Below, in pieces: positions 12,204 through 23,079 of a DNA stretch of 64,000 nt. The position numbers were made by a program, and so were the translations under genes. Source of the DNA: Mobula hypostoma (taxonomy: Eukaryota). The stretch covers positions 12,834,001-12,898,000 of the forward strand of contig NC_086110.1 in NCBI RefSeq assembly GCF_963921235.1, read 5' to 3'. Numbering within the stretch: the stretch's first letter is position 1; each line of letters starts with the position of its first letter. The notes beneath the pieces were generated by a model. That model was not told where the DNA came from. It searched no databases and saw only the letters and a program-made list of their open reading frames with translations.

Positions 12204-12509
12204 CGAACACAGTGAACTTGGTGCCACCTCCAGTCCCTAAGTATTGTTCCTGAAACTTTACTGCACAGTAATACAGCCCAGAGTCGCTGAATTTGACATT
12301 CCAGAGTACAAGTGTTCCTCTTCCCCTTTCTACAGTAAATTGTCTTCTGCTGTCCCTTTCTAAAAACCCCTTCTCGCCTTTCCTCCACCAACGAACGTCA
12401 ACGGTATCGTTTGTCAGTAGTAATTTGCAGAACATCGTAACATTCGCACCAACCGGGACGTTCAGGTCCCGAGGGAATTGAGATACTTCGTTCGCCGTTA
12501 ATTTGACGA
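12204..12509 (-). CDS. Gene A exon 2: single-exon V(J)-type Ig domain (non-rearranging)
   Basis: Acceptor ggcag|TC, donor TTCG|gtgagt, 306 nt, phase 1-1. Shows B-strand Cys (TMFC), C-strand WW, DSGLYYC and a J-like GGGTKFTV inside the same exon. Confidence 0.95.
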
Positions 12510-12548
12510 CTGCCGGATAAATAAGCAAGAGTATTAATAACAGTTAAA

Positions 12549-12569
12549 CACAGTGAATTAACAAAAACT
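12549..12569 (+). other. RSS-like motif CACAGTG-aatta-ACAAAAACT with a non-canonical 5-nt spacer in the leader-V intron
   Basis: Perfect heptamer and 8/9 nonamer, with the heptamer facing the V exon 39 nt away. Confidence 0.3.
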
Positions 12570-12712
12570 GATGACGTAAGTCACTGGATATCTAAGAGTG
12601 AAAGACGGCCGAATAGATGAAAAACTGTAACCGAATATGCCGCAGGCACCCAGAGTTAAATATTATTAAATAGAATATTCAATTCGGAAACGGCGTTTAT
12701 AAATCAGCATAC

Positions 12713-12767
12713 TTAGCCAAGTAATAGCCAGAAGTGCTATGTACGAAACCGTAAACTTCTCCGCCAT
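12713..12767 (-). CDS. Gene A exon 1: signal peptide MAEKFTVSYIALLAITWL (phase 1)
   Basis: ATG at 12767, 18 hydrophobic codons plus 1 nt, donor A|gtatgc. A paralogous 55-nt exon lies at 32963-33017 at a similar distance from its V exon. Confidence 0.8.
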
Positions 12768-12844
12768 CTTACAGAAACCAAATCGACCAATTCTTGCAAT
12801 GCAAGTGGTATTTTAAACAATTTTCTGGAGGAAAAGGACTTCGT

Positions 12845-12911
12845 GAGGAAATGTATTAATCATGCAAACATGACGTAGGATGACGCCACCGCACGGCAGT
12901 ATAATGTGGTT
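12845..12911. promoter_or_regulatory. Candidate proximal promoter of gene A (ETS, octamer-like, two CRE-like and RUNX motifs)
   Basis: GAGGAA 12845, ATGCAAAC 12862, TGACGTAG 12871, TGACGCCA 12881 and TGTGGTT 12905, all about 80-145 nt upstream of the ATG. Motif match only. Confidence 0.35.
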
Positions 12912-15900
12912 CAGATTTAAACCCTGTCTCGGCTGGGAGGAAAATAAGAACTCTTACAATTCTAATTTTTACATGGCCTACCTAATGCTTCCGTGATTAT
13001 GTTGGAAATCTTGCCCTCTTGTTGATTACAAGAATTATCCACATCTTTATTGAGATATAAATTCAAATCTGTACTCTGCGCATTTTGATGGAAATCCGCT
13101 TAGGAGTTGAAAAATGTCTAATAAGATAGGCGGATAAAAATAATAACAATATTTCTTCATTCCAATTTACCTTTGCAGCTTTGCTCCATTTCAATCATAT
13201 ACCTTCAGTCAAATGGAACCCTGCGGGTTTCTCTAGTAAAGCAGTTGCGCTCATGCGGCCAAAAGTCTTTAAGCTGCGACGGGTGCGGACGGTGTTACAT
13301 AAATGAAAAATTTGCTTCTCTTGATAATTTCATTTAGGGTTTGGTTATAACGGTTCGACTAATGAACTACTGCTTAATGTCTGGCAAAACAAAAAGGAAA
13401 TGATGAACGAGCCTCGTTTGAACAGCAGTACATTCCTCCGGAAGGCTTCATGCACATGTCTCCTGCACAATGTATGATTTTGGATTTTGAGCATTGATGA
13501 CAAAGAGAAATGACATATAGCCGCGTATTCTGTCTATTACTCCAGCAATTTTCATGTAATTTAAATGTTTAAGTTTCATGAAACAAAAGCATATAATGTG
13601 AAACCTTTATAAATTAATTCCAGTGACAAATTTCAATCTGTTTTCTCAAAGTAGGCCGCATATTATTCAGTTCCTTACTCGCTGCTGTGATCAGTTCGCA
13701 CGTAGAACTCAGTGGACAGCAGCAGCAAATGTTGTCTGTGATAGAAATAGATTCGGCGTATAGGATGTTGATCACATAAGGAGTGAGCGTAGAGTTCAAA
13801 CAGCAAGTTATTCAGTTTAATGATGACAGAGATTGAAGAGGTACTGCGATAGAATCTATAAAGGGCGCATCGAGGAAGCCTCAAATGATTGATTGCAGCT
13901 CCGAGGCTCCATTTTAAACCCAATAAACACGAGCAGTTCTATTGGGAGAAATGCTGCTCTTTCAAATATCTCCTACAGTTCCACAAGGTAAACGGGAGAC
14001 AACAGGATAGTCAATCGAGCAAAAATTTTAACCGGATACAGAAAAAAAAAGGTCCACTCGCACCCAGGTGTCTAACGAACGGAGATAAGATTCTGATTAC
14101 CATGTCAAACACCTTGCCATTTTGAACAGTTATGTTTCCGATTTTCCACGAAGCGGTGGGGATGTTATGCCTTTTTCATAGAAGCTTTGTCACCATTATT
14201 AAATTGTATCTCCTGTCTTCTTAGATCTGAAATTATGTAGCTGCTTGGGGCGTAAAGTTGTTCATAGGTAACACAAATTTTGTCAATTGGATCCCACGGG
14301 ATGTAATTGAGGTATGTTTGTTGAGGAGTTTATTCGGGAGAGGATATGGACGTTGTGAACCTTATCCTGCTGTGGATCTGATGAATCGTAAGAGACAATT
14401 CTAATGAGGGAGAGCTTAGTTTTACGTTACAGGTAACTTGTGATGCCGAATACAAAAATGTGTCTGCGGCAGAAAACACTATTTCCAGAAGGTAAGTTTT
14501 CTGTCGGAATTTCTGCCTTGATCTTCAGATATTCCTTTTTCTCGACAGATAAATACCAAAGATGAGAGTACTCTGTTTAGTTCCCCATGAACCACTCTCT
14601 GTTCTCCATTAGTCCATTCTTCATGTGGTGTAAGAATAGAGCAGTAACTTGGACCAATTACTAAGCACTTCAAAACAAGTTTGCTGATAAAAATTGGCCT
14701 CGAGTGAGCACGGTTGGGATTATCATGGTAGCTCTTAGGTGACAAATTGAATAACGACGCTGATCATTTTCAGTTTTAAATGCTTTAGAGATAAATCCTA
14801 CATCTCTATGTTTTCACTAGCATAAATTTGTTCAGCATTAACTGGGCCGGAAAAGCACAGGTAAGTAGAAGACATTTTGTTCTCTTCAATTTATTGGTTT
14901 TTTTGATTTCAAATGCTTGAATACATGACAATCTCAGAAAAATCGAGATCGTTTTAAATGTTAAGCACAGCTCTGGTTAGGCCAAAGGATTGACTGTAAA
15001 TCTGGATTTCTAATTTGTGAGACAATTTTGTCCACCCGACGAGATATCCTTTATAATATTGCGCCTTTAAATGTCTCTGCCTTCATTACAAACATATTCC
15101 GAAATGTTTTCAACAATGTTCTTCTAGGATAAATGTTGCAACTGAGTGTTGATTATTCTTTAATAGATAATAGGGAGCTTAATTGAAGTTAGTTGACTGC
15201 AAAATTAAAGCTACTGTTTGATACTACTGTGTGGAAGTCACAGGAAACAATCAGGAAGCCAGGTAGTGTCTGCTGAGAGAAATAGAGTGAACACTTCAAG
15301 TTGATAATTTTTCACTAGCTCATGAAGAGAAATGATTTGTATTTTCCCCTTTTCATAGAAGGTTCCCGATGTTTTCTGCTTAATTTCGGATTGCAAACAT
15401 CTGCAACCTGTTTTCCATTAATTACCCTGCTTTCCAATAAATGATCAAACTTGATGTGAGCCGAATACAAAAGCGACATGACCTTACTTCCCCTTCCACT
15501 CAAAAGTATCGTGGAAAACCTTAGATTAAGAAGCAACTCTCGCATTGGCTGCGCCAGAGACTTTTTGTTGCTGGTGCTACAGTGGAGCTGAATTATTCTG
15601 TGATGGTGCTGAGGGATGTACAATATGGTAATATGTATTCGCAAGGCCAGACACGTGGCGTTCAAAAGTCAGTTTCAAGCATTATGTGCCTACTATAAAT
15701 GCCTCTGTTGATTCACAAGCAAAAGCAATTGATAGATCTAATATAGAAATGAACTGTGACAGGATCGACAGCATCGGAGACACCCCGGGCTACACAGAGC
15801 ATAAACAAACAAACCAACAGAGCATCCGACCCACAGCGCACAACGTGAATCACGCACCAATCCCGCAATCAGCGTCAAATGCATGCTTTTCAACTGAAAA

Positions 15901-16187
15901 ACACAACACTAACCCACAATGTCCAATGCTATTCGCATTTCATAGACAGACAATGCCAAAAGATACACTGTTACTAAAGTCAAATAAGGCAAACAACAGA
16001 TGCAAGGCCTTACCAGGAGTTGGACAAATCATACTCTGACCATGCAATACCTCAATTAATTCGGCTATTGAATTTGAAACAAAAATCAACAGAATCACCG
16101 CTCGGAAGTCGAAGTAGGCATAATAGCAGTAAATGTAATATTTTAGGATTTGCGGGAAACATAAGGACTATGGGGTATCCACCACAA

Positions 16188-16226
16188 AATAATAATAATA
16201 ATAGTAATAATAATAATAATAATAAT
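16188..16226 (+). repeat. (AAT)n microsatellite
   Basis: Directly visible. Confidence 0.95.
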
Positions 16227-16249
16227 CAGCATTAGTCTTAGCCGAAATT

Positions 16250-17735
16250 TTAAAAAAAGTCAACTGCACTTACCATTGATGTTTTCAGAGAAGCACAATC
16301 CGTCTGTTGTTGTGATTGGCGGTGAAATCGTCAATGATTTTCTGGATGTCAAGTGCTTTGGTCCACCGGCTGTTTATGGCCAACAGGGCCATGTTGCTGT
16401 TCTGAACATCGCCGCTGCTATTCCTTAGGTAGTTTTTGAGGCGTCGGAGGCAAGAGAAACTCCGTTCGCATGAGGCAGATGTCGCAGGTAGAGACAGTGA
16501 TATGCAGATTAGTTTGTATAAGTCTATAAATGCATCGCGGTAGGGTCTCATTAGAGCTAGAAATTCCACTGTCCTTGCTAGAGACTCAACCACTGCTCTC
16601 ATATACTCACGATTTTCTTGGACAATCTTTGCATGTCCTTTGTCAAGCATATTTCCTAATCTTGAACCATCTTGTTTTCTCAAACTGAATTCGGCCCGTG
16701 CCTCCATAACAAACTTATGAGCTGCACTTGAATGGTGGGTTTTGAAAGCTATTATAGCTTTCCGCGAGTTGTGGTAATCGGTGACAGTGAAGGTAGACTC
16801 AGAATGGAACCCATGTTCTCCACACAGGAAATGCCTGCATGCGAAGCAGAATGTAATATCTTTCGTGATCGAATATTCCAGTCAGTCAAACCAGCCACGA
16901 ATAAAACTCCTTTGCTGATTGTCAAACTGTTGCGAGTAGCGAAGGTTCCTTTCTCAATGCTGACCGACGGGGTCCTTCCTCAGGCTGCTGGCTAACATCG
17001 CTAACATTATTCCCGCTCGCACTAAGAGCAGTTTCATCCACGTTCTCTTCGGAATCCCGCTCCATTTCTTGTTCCTCTACTTCGCCCTCACACTCCTTCG
17101 ATGAACTGCTGTCGCCCTCATCCCCACTTACTTCTTTCTGCATGTCACTTTCAATTCAGACAGGCTCAGGCTGAGACACCACTGATCCCTCTGGATGAGG
17201 TCGTTTTCTCCCTAAAAATCGATCCATTTTTCACTCCGGCCAAAATAATGCACGTGCCAGGCCCACAATAGCTTGTAAAAGCACAATGTGTGTGTGTGTG
17301 TGTGTGTGTGGGGGGGGGTGCACCCGTTAGTCTCGCGAGACCATGGATCTGCGCCTGGATGTATACTGTCAATCTCTCGCGTGAGTGAGAGAGAGTGACA
17401 TCACCACCTTAAGTGATCTTAGATCAGTTTAACTGATCTGAGGACAGTAACGACAAGACATTGACAACGAACGAATAAGCAGAAGTGTAGGGTGGATCTT
17501 ACAGAGCTTATAACTTTATTGCTGCGTGGGTGCTATGGTAGTTGGGGGCACTGTTTCACTATATCAACTGGAGAAACAAGCTGTATTCAAAACTATACAG
17601 AGAAAGCAAAGCAGCTGCAATTTGTATGTGAAATTTCAGTTAATTTCTTGGTGGTGCTACGGTGGTGCTATTGTAATTTCTGTTGGGGCTAGAGCACCAG
17701 CTAGCACCACCTTAGCGCCGCCCCTGAAACCTCGA
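16250..17735 (-). mobile_element. hAT DNA transposon relic (C-terminal dimerisation domain)
   Basis: LSLPATSASCERSFSCLRRLKNYLR in ORF 16285-16707, and a TIR-like TAGCGCCGCCCCTG near 17723-17736. Confidence 0.8.
17287..17310 (+). repeat. (TG)n microsatellite
   Basis: Directly visible. Confidence 0.95.
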
Positions 17736-19329
17736 CATTACCACTTCATGTAATGTTGTCTACCTGTTCCTTGTTCCCTTAACACTGCTTTTAACATAAC
17801 AACGGACCAGTACAGCACAGGAGTAGTACCTTCAGCTAAGCTGTCCGTCGCGAACACGATGCCAAATTAAACTAAATATCTACTAGTTGCAGTCCCTCAT
17901 TTAATTAATCAGAAAGGAGAATGTTTTCCTCATGAAATCCGTTTACAATGTCTTTAATCTTCAAAGTAGTTGGTTCTCCATTCAATGCTCTCAGAGAATG
18001 GCTCACACATATATATCAAGTATTTAGTTGTTTTTAAGAATTCTTTCGCGTATTTATTTCCAGAATGAACATAGCACAGAAACAGAAAATAGAGACGTTG
18101 CAGCACAGCTTGAGAAACATTTAGCTGACAGGAGCAAAATATCAAATGTTGCTTAAATTAAACTTATTGACCTACTCTTAAACGTCAAGTGTGATAACAC
18201 GAGCTGTCCGCTACATAGAGGTTTCAGAGAGGAGTAATCTTTGACCACAAATTTTCCATGATGTTACCAGCAGACTCACGAGTGCAATTATATTCTCAGG
18301 AAGCGTATTAGGTCCCATAGACACAAAGTTCAAATGCATTCTTGGTAAACTGACAGATGAATTAAAATTCTATTCCGAGCATCTTTTTCACAGAAAACTT
18401 GCAGAAGCTCGCATGCAAATATTCGCATTTGTGAATAATAAGCAGGATGTGAAAATATATCTATTTTAAGAGGATATGAAACTTCGTCGGAATTGAACAA
18501 AAGCAGCTGGCCTTTTAAACGGGCAGATAAAATAGGAAAGGAAACACAGGAATGTACTCACTTCTTTCGAAGTTAATTGAAATACTTGGATTCATAATTC
18601 ACGAATGTAGAGTTAGCAGTCCAGAAACACAATTCTGTGAAAAGAAGGTAAATTGAAGAGTGAATTCTATTGATCTGCCTGCACATTCTAACCTGATCTG
18701 CTGAATATTCCGTGCATTCCATATTCAAGAGTCCAACGAGTTGGACCATTCGTCTTTTTTGTTATCTATTCTATTAGGCCACTTAGTATTCCCTGAATAT
18801 GGAATTTTATTCAGTTTCTTATGCTACCATAGTCCGTAAAAGTCCTGATTCCCGCATGTGTAACTGATCCGCGATATGAGTATGCCATTTGGAACAATTT
18901 CCAACTGCTGAGGCAGCTGGCATGAAAGGAGGGTTAGGGAGGTATAGATTCTGGAAGGTGATGAGCAGAAAGGCAAAGGCTACCAGTTCTGGAATCTAAC
19001 AAATAAAGGAGAGAGATAATGGGGACCATTAGAGGAGAGGTGAAGGGCAGATGGAGCCAAGACAAGATGGGGGAAGGGAAAGGCTTTGTGTGAAATGTGT
19101 GCGTTGTGGATGGATGCAACCACTGGGTAGCAAAGTTTTTTGGAAAGTGTTGCTTCTTCACATGTGGATGAGATAGACTGCCTGAAGCTGAATAGAATGA
19201 CAATTTCACATTACTTGTATCAGGAAGAAAATTGGAGAAACAAGGCATAAACTTTTATTGATTATAAAGCGTTTAAGAGTATAATGGTAATGATGCCTGA
19301 CAATAATTCAAATAAGCTAAAATATTCTG

Positions 19330-20806
19330 TGAGGATTTCCGTTTGTATTCAATGCCGAAGGCTTCTTGCGTAAGTGTCCAACAATAATCCTCCAACATTA
19401 ATGGACACCAGCTGCCTTGATACTATTTTTTTCATGACCGCAATCTCCTTGTGAATCCTTTCACCATGCTCGTTACGAACAGCACCGAGATCTGTATGGA
19501 AGAAGTCTAAATGGGAATGCAGAAAATGAATTTTTACTGACATGCTGCACTTCATGGATTTGTATGCTTGAATTATGTTGTCAAGTAGCTGCACGTAGTT
19601 TGATGCTCTGTGGTTGCTAATAAAATTTTCAACGACATCCTTGAATGCCTTCCACGGGATTTTCTCTGGTCCCTTTAGACATTCTTCGAATGGCCTGCCA
19701 TTGATGACCTGTTTGATATGCGGACCAACAGAAAAAGCCTTCCTTAATTTTGGTATCAGTTATTCTGGGAAATATCTCACTCAAATATCGAAATCATCCA
19801 CAGAAATTCTTGTACCTGGAGACAGCAGATTTCCTCCTTGTAGTTTTGAACCCAGTCATTCTGCTTTTGCCTTTGACAAACCCAAGTCTCTGACAAAGTC
19901 ATTTAACTCAGACTGTGTTTCACAAAAGGCTCACTCGACATAAAGAGTTCAAAATCTGCATCGGTATCAGTGTCGTTTTTCTATTCCTGCCTCTTACACA
20001 TTGTCATCTTCCTCTGCCTCCTCTAGACTCCATGTCTCTGGTGGCTTCAGTACTGCAAGACTATCATCATGCGACACAGGTGTCGATGCTGAAAGGAGAT
20101 CGCAGTGTTCAATCGATTTCTTGTTTATAACAGAGAAACCAGACACACTGGTCAGATAGAACTAGCTCTCGCCATATCATCGGTACCACGAATGCTTGTC
20201 TTCCGAACATCTCTGAGCCACACTCCCAGATCAATAACTCCCGTTGAGCAACAGATGTGAAGAGCCCAGGCATTGTTTTGGTCGCCAATCATAAACTCAA
20301 AGTAGAACTCATAGGCTTTCTTAAAAAGAAGAGTTATGCTCCGTGCTTGAAATTTAAGCTTATACTCGCCACAAGTATAACGGAAAATATCGCGGTTGAT
20401 GCAACATTGGCGAGACATCTTGTTTTCGCAAATACCACTGAAAATAATATTACTTGACGAGAATGAATACACACAATATGCTATGCCCGCCGAACATGCG
20501 CCTGAACATGATCACTAAACGCAACGCAAAGAAGAGAGTGTGCATGATGCTTTTATAGTCTTTCTAAAACCTGACCTGCCAAGCAGCATCCGCCCTGCCT
20601 AATGCTCGGACAAGATGAACACTTTTCAACTTACATAATGGGCAACCATTAAATTGACTTGAATTATGAATTGAAATAACAAATATAGGCGATTTCAAAA
20701 TGCTATGCGATAGGGAAACTTCATGGTGACTTTCATGATCAGCAGCACAAAATCTCTAAGACAAACCGAAAGGTATCAAGGATGTAAACTCTTTGTTGTC
20801 CTGTGA
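19330..20806 (-). mobile_element. Chapaev3-like (CMC) DNA transposon relic
   Basis: KIHFLHSHLDFF and EHGERIH at 19349-19594, an N-terminal YTCGEY...IGDQNNAWALHICC segment at 20152-20472, and terminus CACAGGACAACAAAG near 20806. Confidence 0.75.
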
Positions 20807-21633
20807 ACTCGGAGGGGTGGTGGTGAACACATGTGCCTTGGAGCTGAGGGGTGCAAGAAGATGGGGCAGAGCGAGACACAGTATACTAGGGTTCATCTAC
20901 AACTGCCGAGCGTGGTATCTAAGATCCTGGGTTATGGAATATGAAAGTGGAATACTCAGAGACAGGCCACAGAATGTTAACCTTTGATGCAAGCTCTTGA
21001 GGAATATTGTATCATTTCTTAATGCATGCATTACTAAATGACAATAAAAGAGGACTGCGGGTCCTCATAATCTAAGGGACAAGAAAGCTGTACTGCACCA
21101 AGGCAAAATGACTCGGTTTAGCCGCAATTGCGAACCATTTTGATCTTTTTAAATGGTATGTTTTTCTTAGAGGAAGTACAATGACGTTTCTCTAAATTGG
21201 GTCAAGCGGCATCTATGGAGAGAAGTGAACGGTCGAAGTTTCGTGTCCAGACTCTTCATCAGGACTGGAAGAACGGAAAGGGGGAGGACAGTTAGCCAGT
21301 ATTAAAAGGTCAGGAAAAGGTTGGAGCAAGAGTTGGAGAGTAATAACTGGATCCAGGTGAGGAAGTGATTAACATCACTCTCCTAAATCACTTGATCCTC
21401 CCTTGCATTCCTCACAAACTACCTCGATGTTTAATCAGACTAAATTCCTCGCTCACGATCATGGCTGATCCAATTAGAAACTTTGATTCGGCTTTCCTTT
21501 TCGTCTTCAACACACATCGGAATCAGTCAGCTTTACTTTGTTGCTATTCGGTTGCTTTTTAAAATTCTCCGGCAAACTACTGATATGATTTACGCCATGT
21601 AATCTAAAAGGCTGGAACAATGAAGAAAATCAT

Positions 21634-21674
21634 ATTTCAATTCTCGTTCTGGCAGCGTGCGAGTTTGCGTTCAG
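21634..21674 (-). pseudogene. Decayed cytoplasmic exon downstream of the 22.9-kb TM (ERKLARCQNEN*N)
   Basis: Acceptor cattag|CT. Resembles the 28.6-kb exon; contains a stop, and the donor position reads AT instead of GT. Confidence 0.4.
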
Positions 21675-21734
21675 CTAATGAATTAACGAATCGTATGAAT
21701 AATGGTGCCCACGACTGAGGTACAGCACCGATCT

Positions 21735-22745
21735 CTCTAATATTCCCTCTCATTGGATTCCCAATTGTTGATGTCGATGTTACATTTCTTCATGTTGGCT
21801 TTAAAGTCGTCTTTGAATTTCTTATGTTGTCCGCCTTTTATGTTTGCCTTCTTTAAGCTGGGAGTAGAAGATTTCTGTCGGCAGACGTTCGTCTTTCATC
21901 CGAACAACATGACCACTCCATCTTGGTTGGTTCTTGATGACGTGGGCTTCAAAGTTTGTTGTTTTTGCTTCATTTAGCACACTGACGTTTGTCCTTCTAC
22001 CTACCCAGCTGACAGTTAAGATGTTTCGAAGACAACATTGATAGAATTTTTCAAGTGTCTTCAGATGTCGTCGGTATGTTGTCCAGGTTTCTGATGCATA
22101 CAGTAGCGTTGGAATTACCACTGCTATGTACACTAACATTTTGGTGTCTGTTCGGATGTCACGATCACGAAAGATTCTTGTTCGGAGACGTCCAAAAGCT
22201 GTTCCAGCGCATGTTGGATCTCGTCATTAAGGTCGACATTGGAGGAGAGGTGACTTTCAAGATACGGAAAGTGGTCCACATTTTCCAGGGTTGTTTCGCC
22301 AAGTCTCCTGGCAGCATCCACGCTCCAAACACTGACACCTCTCGACTACATCATCGTACGATCTCGGGACAAACAAGATGTACTGATAACAAGAGCGGTT
22401 ACTGGTGCTGACGAGGGCTGGACAGACCATCGACTCATCTTGTCCACCATGAGAATGAAGATTCGGCCCAAAAGGAAACACCAAAATCAGAACACTATTA
22501 AGAAATTTAATGTTGACATCCTTCAAGACAATCAGCCATGTACAGAGGTTCCAACAAACTCTTCAAGAACAACTGGCTGAACAAATCCCAGCAGCTGTAG
22601 AAGAACACTGGAATCCATTGATGAACGCTGCCAACACCTCCTGCGAAGAAACAATTGGGTTCAAGACGAAAAAAAGATCAGGATTGGTTCGATGATAACG
22701 ACAAACTACTCCAACAATTTATCGACGGAAAGAGAAAAGCTTTCA
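21735..22745. mobile_element. RTE/BovB-clade LINE pieces in opposite orientations (RT C-terminus on minus, endonuclease C-terminus on plus)
   Basis: Minus strand: LLYASETWT and RWSGHVVRM. Plus strand from about 22306: WQHPRSKH, DYIIVR and WTDHRL. Confidence 0.85.
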
Positions 22746-22882
22746 AGAATTGTATTTCAAGTAATCAATTTATACTGACATTTTAACTGTCAAACACGAC
22801 AGTTGTAAATCTTCCATTGTATCATTTATCATTTCTATCATTAGAACTAAAAAAAATAAACGAGAAAATGTAAGATTCTTAC

Positions 22883-22984
22883 CATGTTATGCGTTTACGA
22901 TCAATCTTGAGACAATTATAACCAGACCTAAAATTACCAGTCTGCCCAACGCCCACACTATAATCAGTCTTTTCTGCGTTCTGT
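22883..22984 (-). CDS. Orphan TM exon with central Arg and an immediate stop (DRTQKRLIIVWALGRLVILGLVIIVSRLIVNA*)
   Basis: Acceptor cacctag|AC, donor CATG|gtaag. Aligns with gene A TM: GGC GGA CTG becomes GGC AGA CTG, and AAA becomes TAA at 22887-22889. Confidence 0.8.
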
Positions 22985-23079
22985 CTAGGTGAGATGCAAA
23001 ATAAGGAACCGTGAAACAAATACACTTATACAGGGGTTGCGAATGTCTAAGGTCGAGCACTTTAAATGTGTCGCAACTG

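Noticed and set aside
12208-12214. CACAGTG heptamer inside the J-like part of V-A
   Set aside because: It arises from the Thr-Val codons of the G strand, and there is no nonamer at 12 or 23 nt.
15315-15665. 116-aa ORF, with SCRFCIRLTSSLIIYWKAG in another frame resembling V strands B-C
   Set aside because: Multiple stops, no YxC or J motif, and no splice signals at the expected spacing.
18561-18634. Strong acceptor and donor pair on the minus strand enclosing about 73 nt
   Set aside because: All three frames are closed and there is no homology to family exons; it may be a non-coding or chance exon.
19330-20806. Link between the Chapaev-type transposon and RAG origin at a VJ gene
   Set aside because: RAG derives from Transib/ProtoRAG. 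This relic is several kb from any V exon and does not interrupt one.
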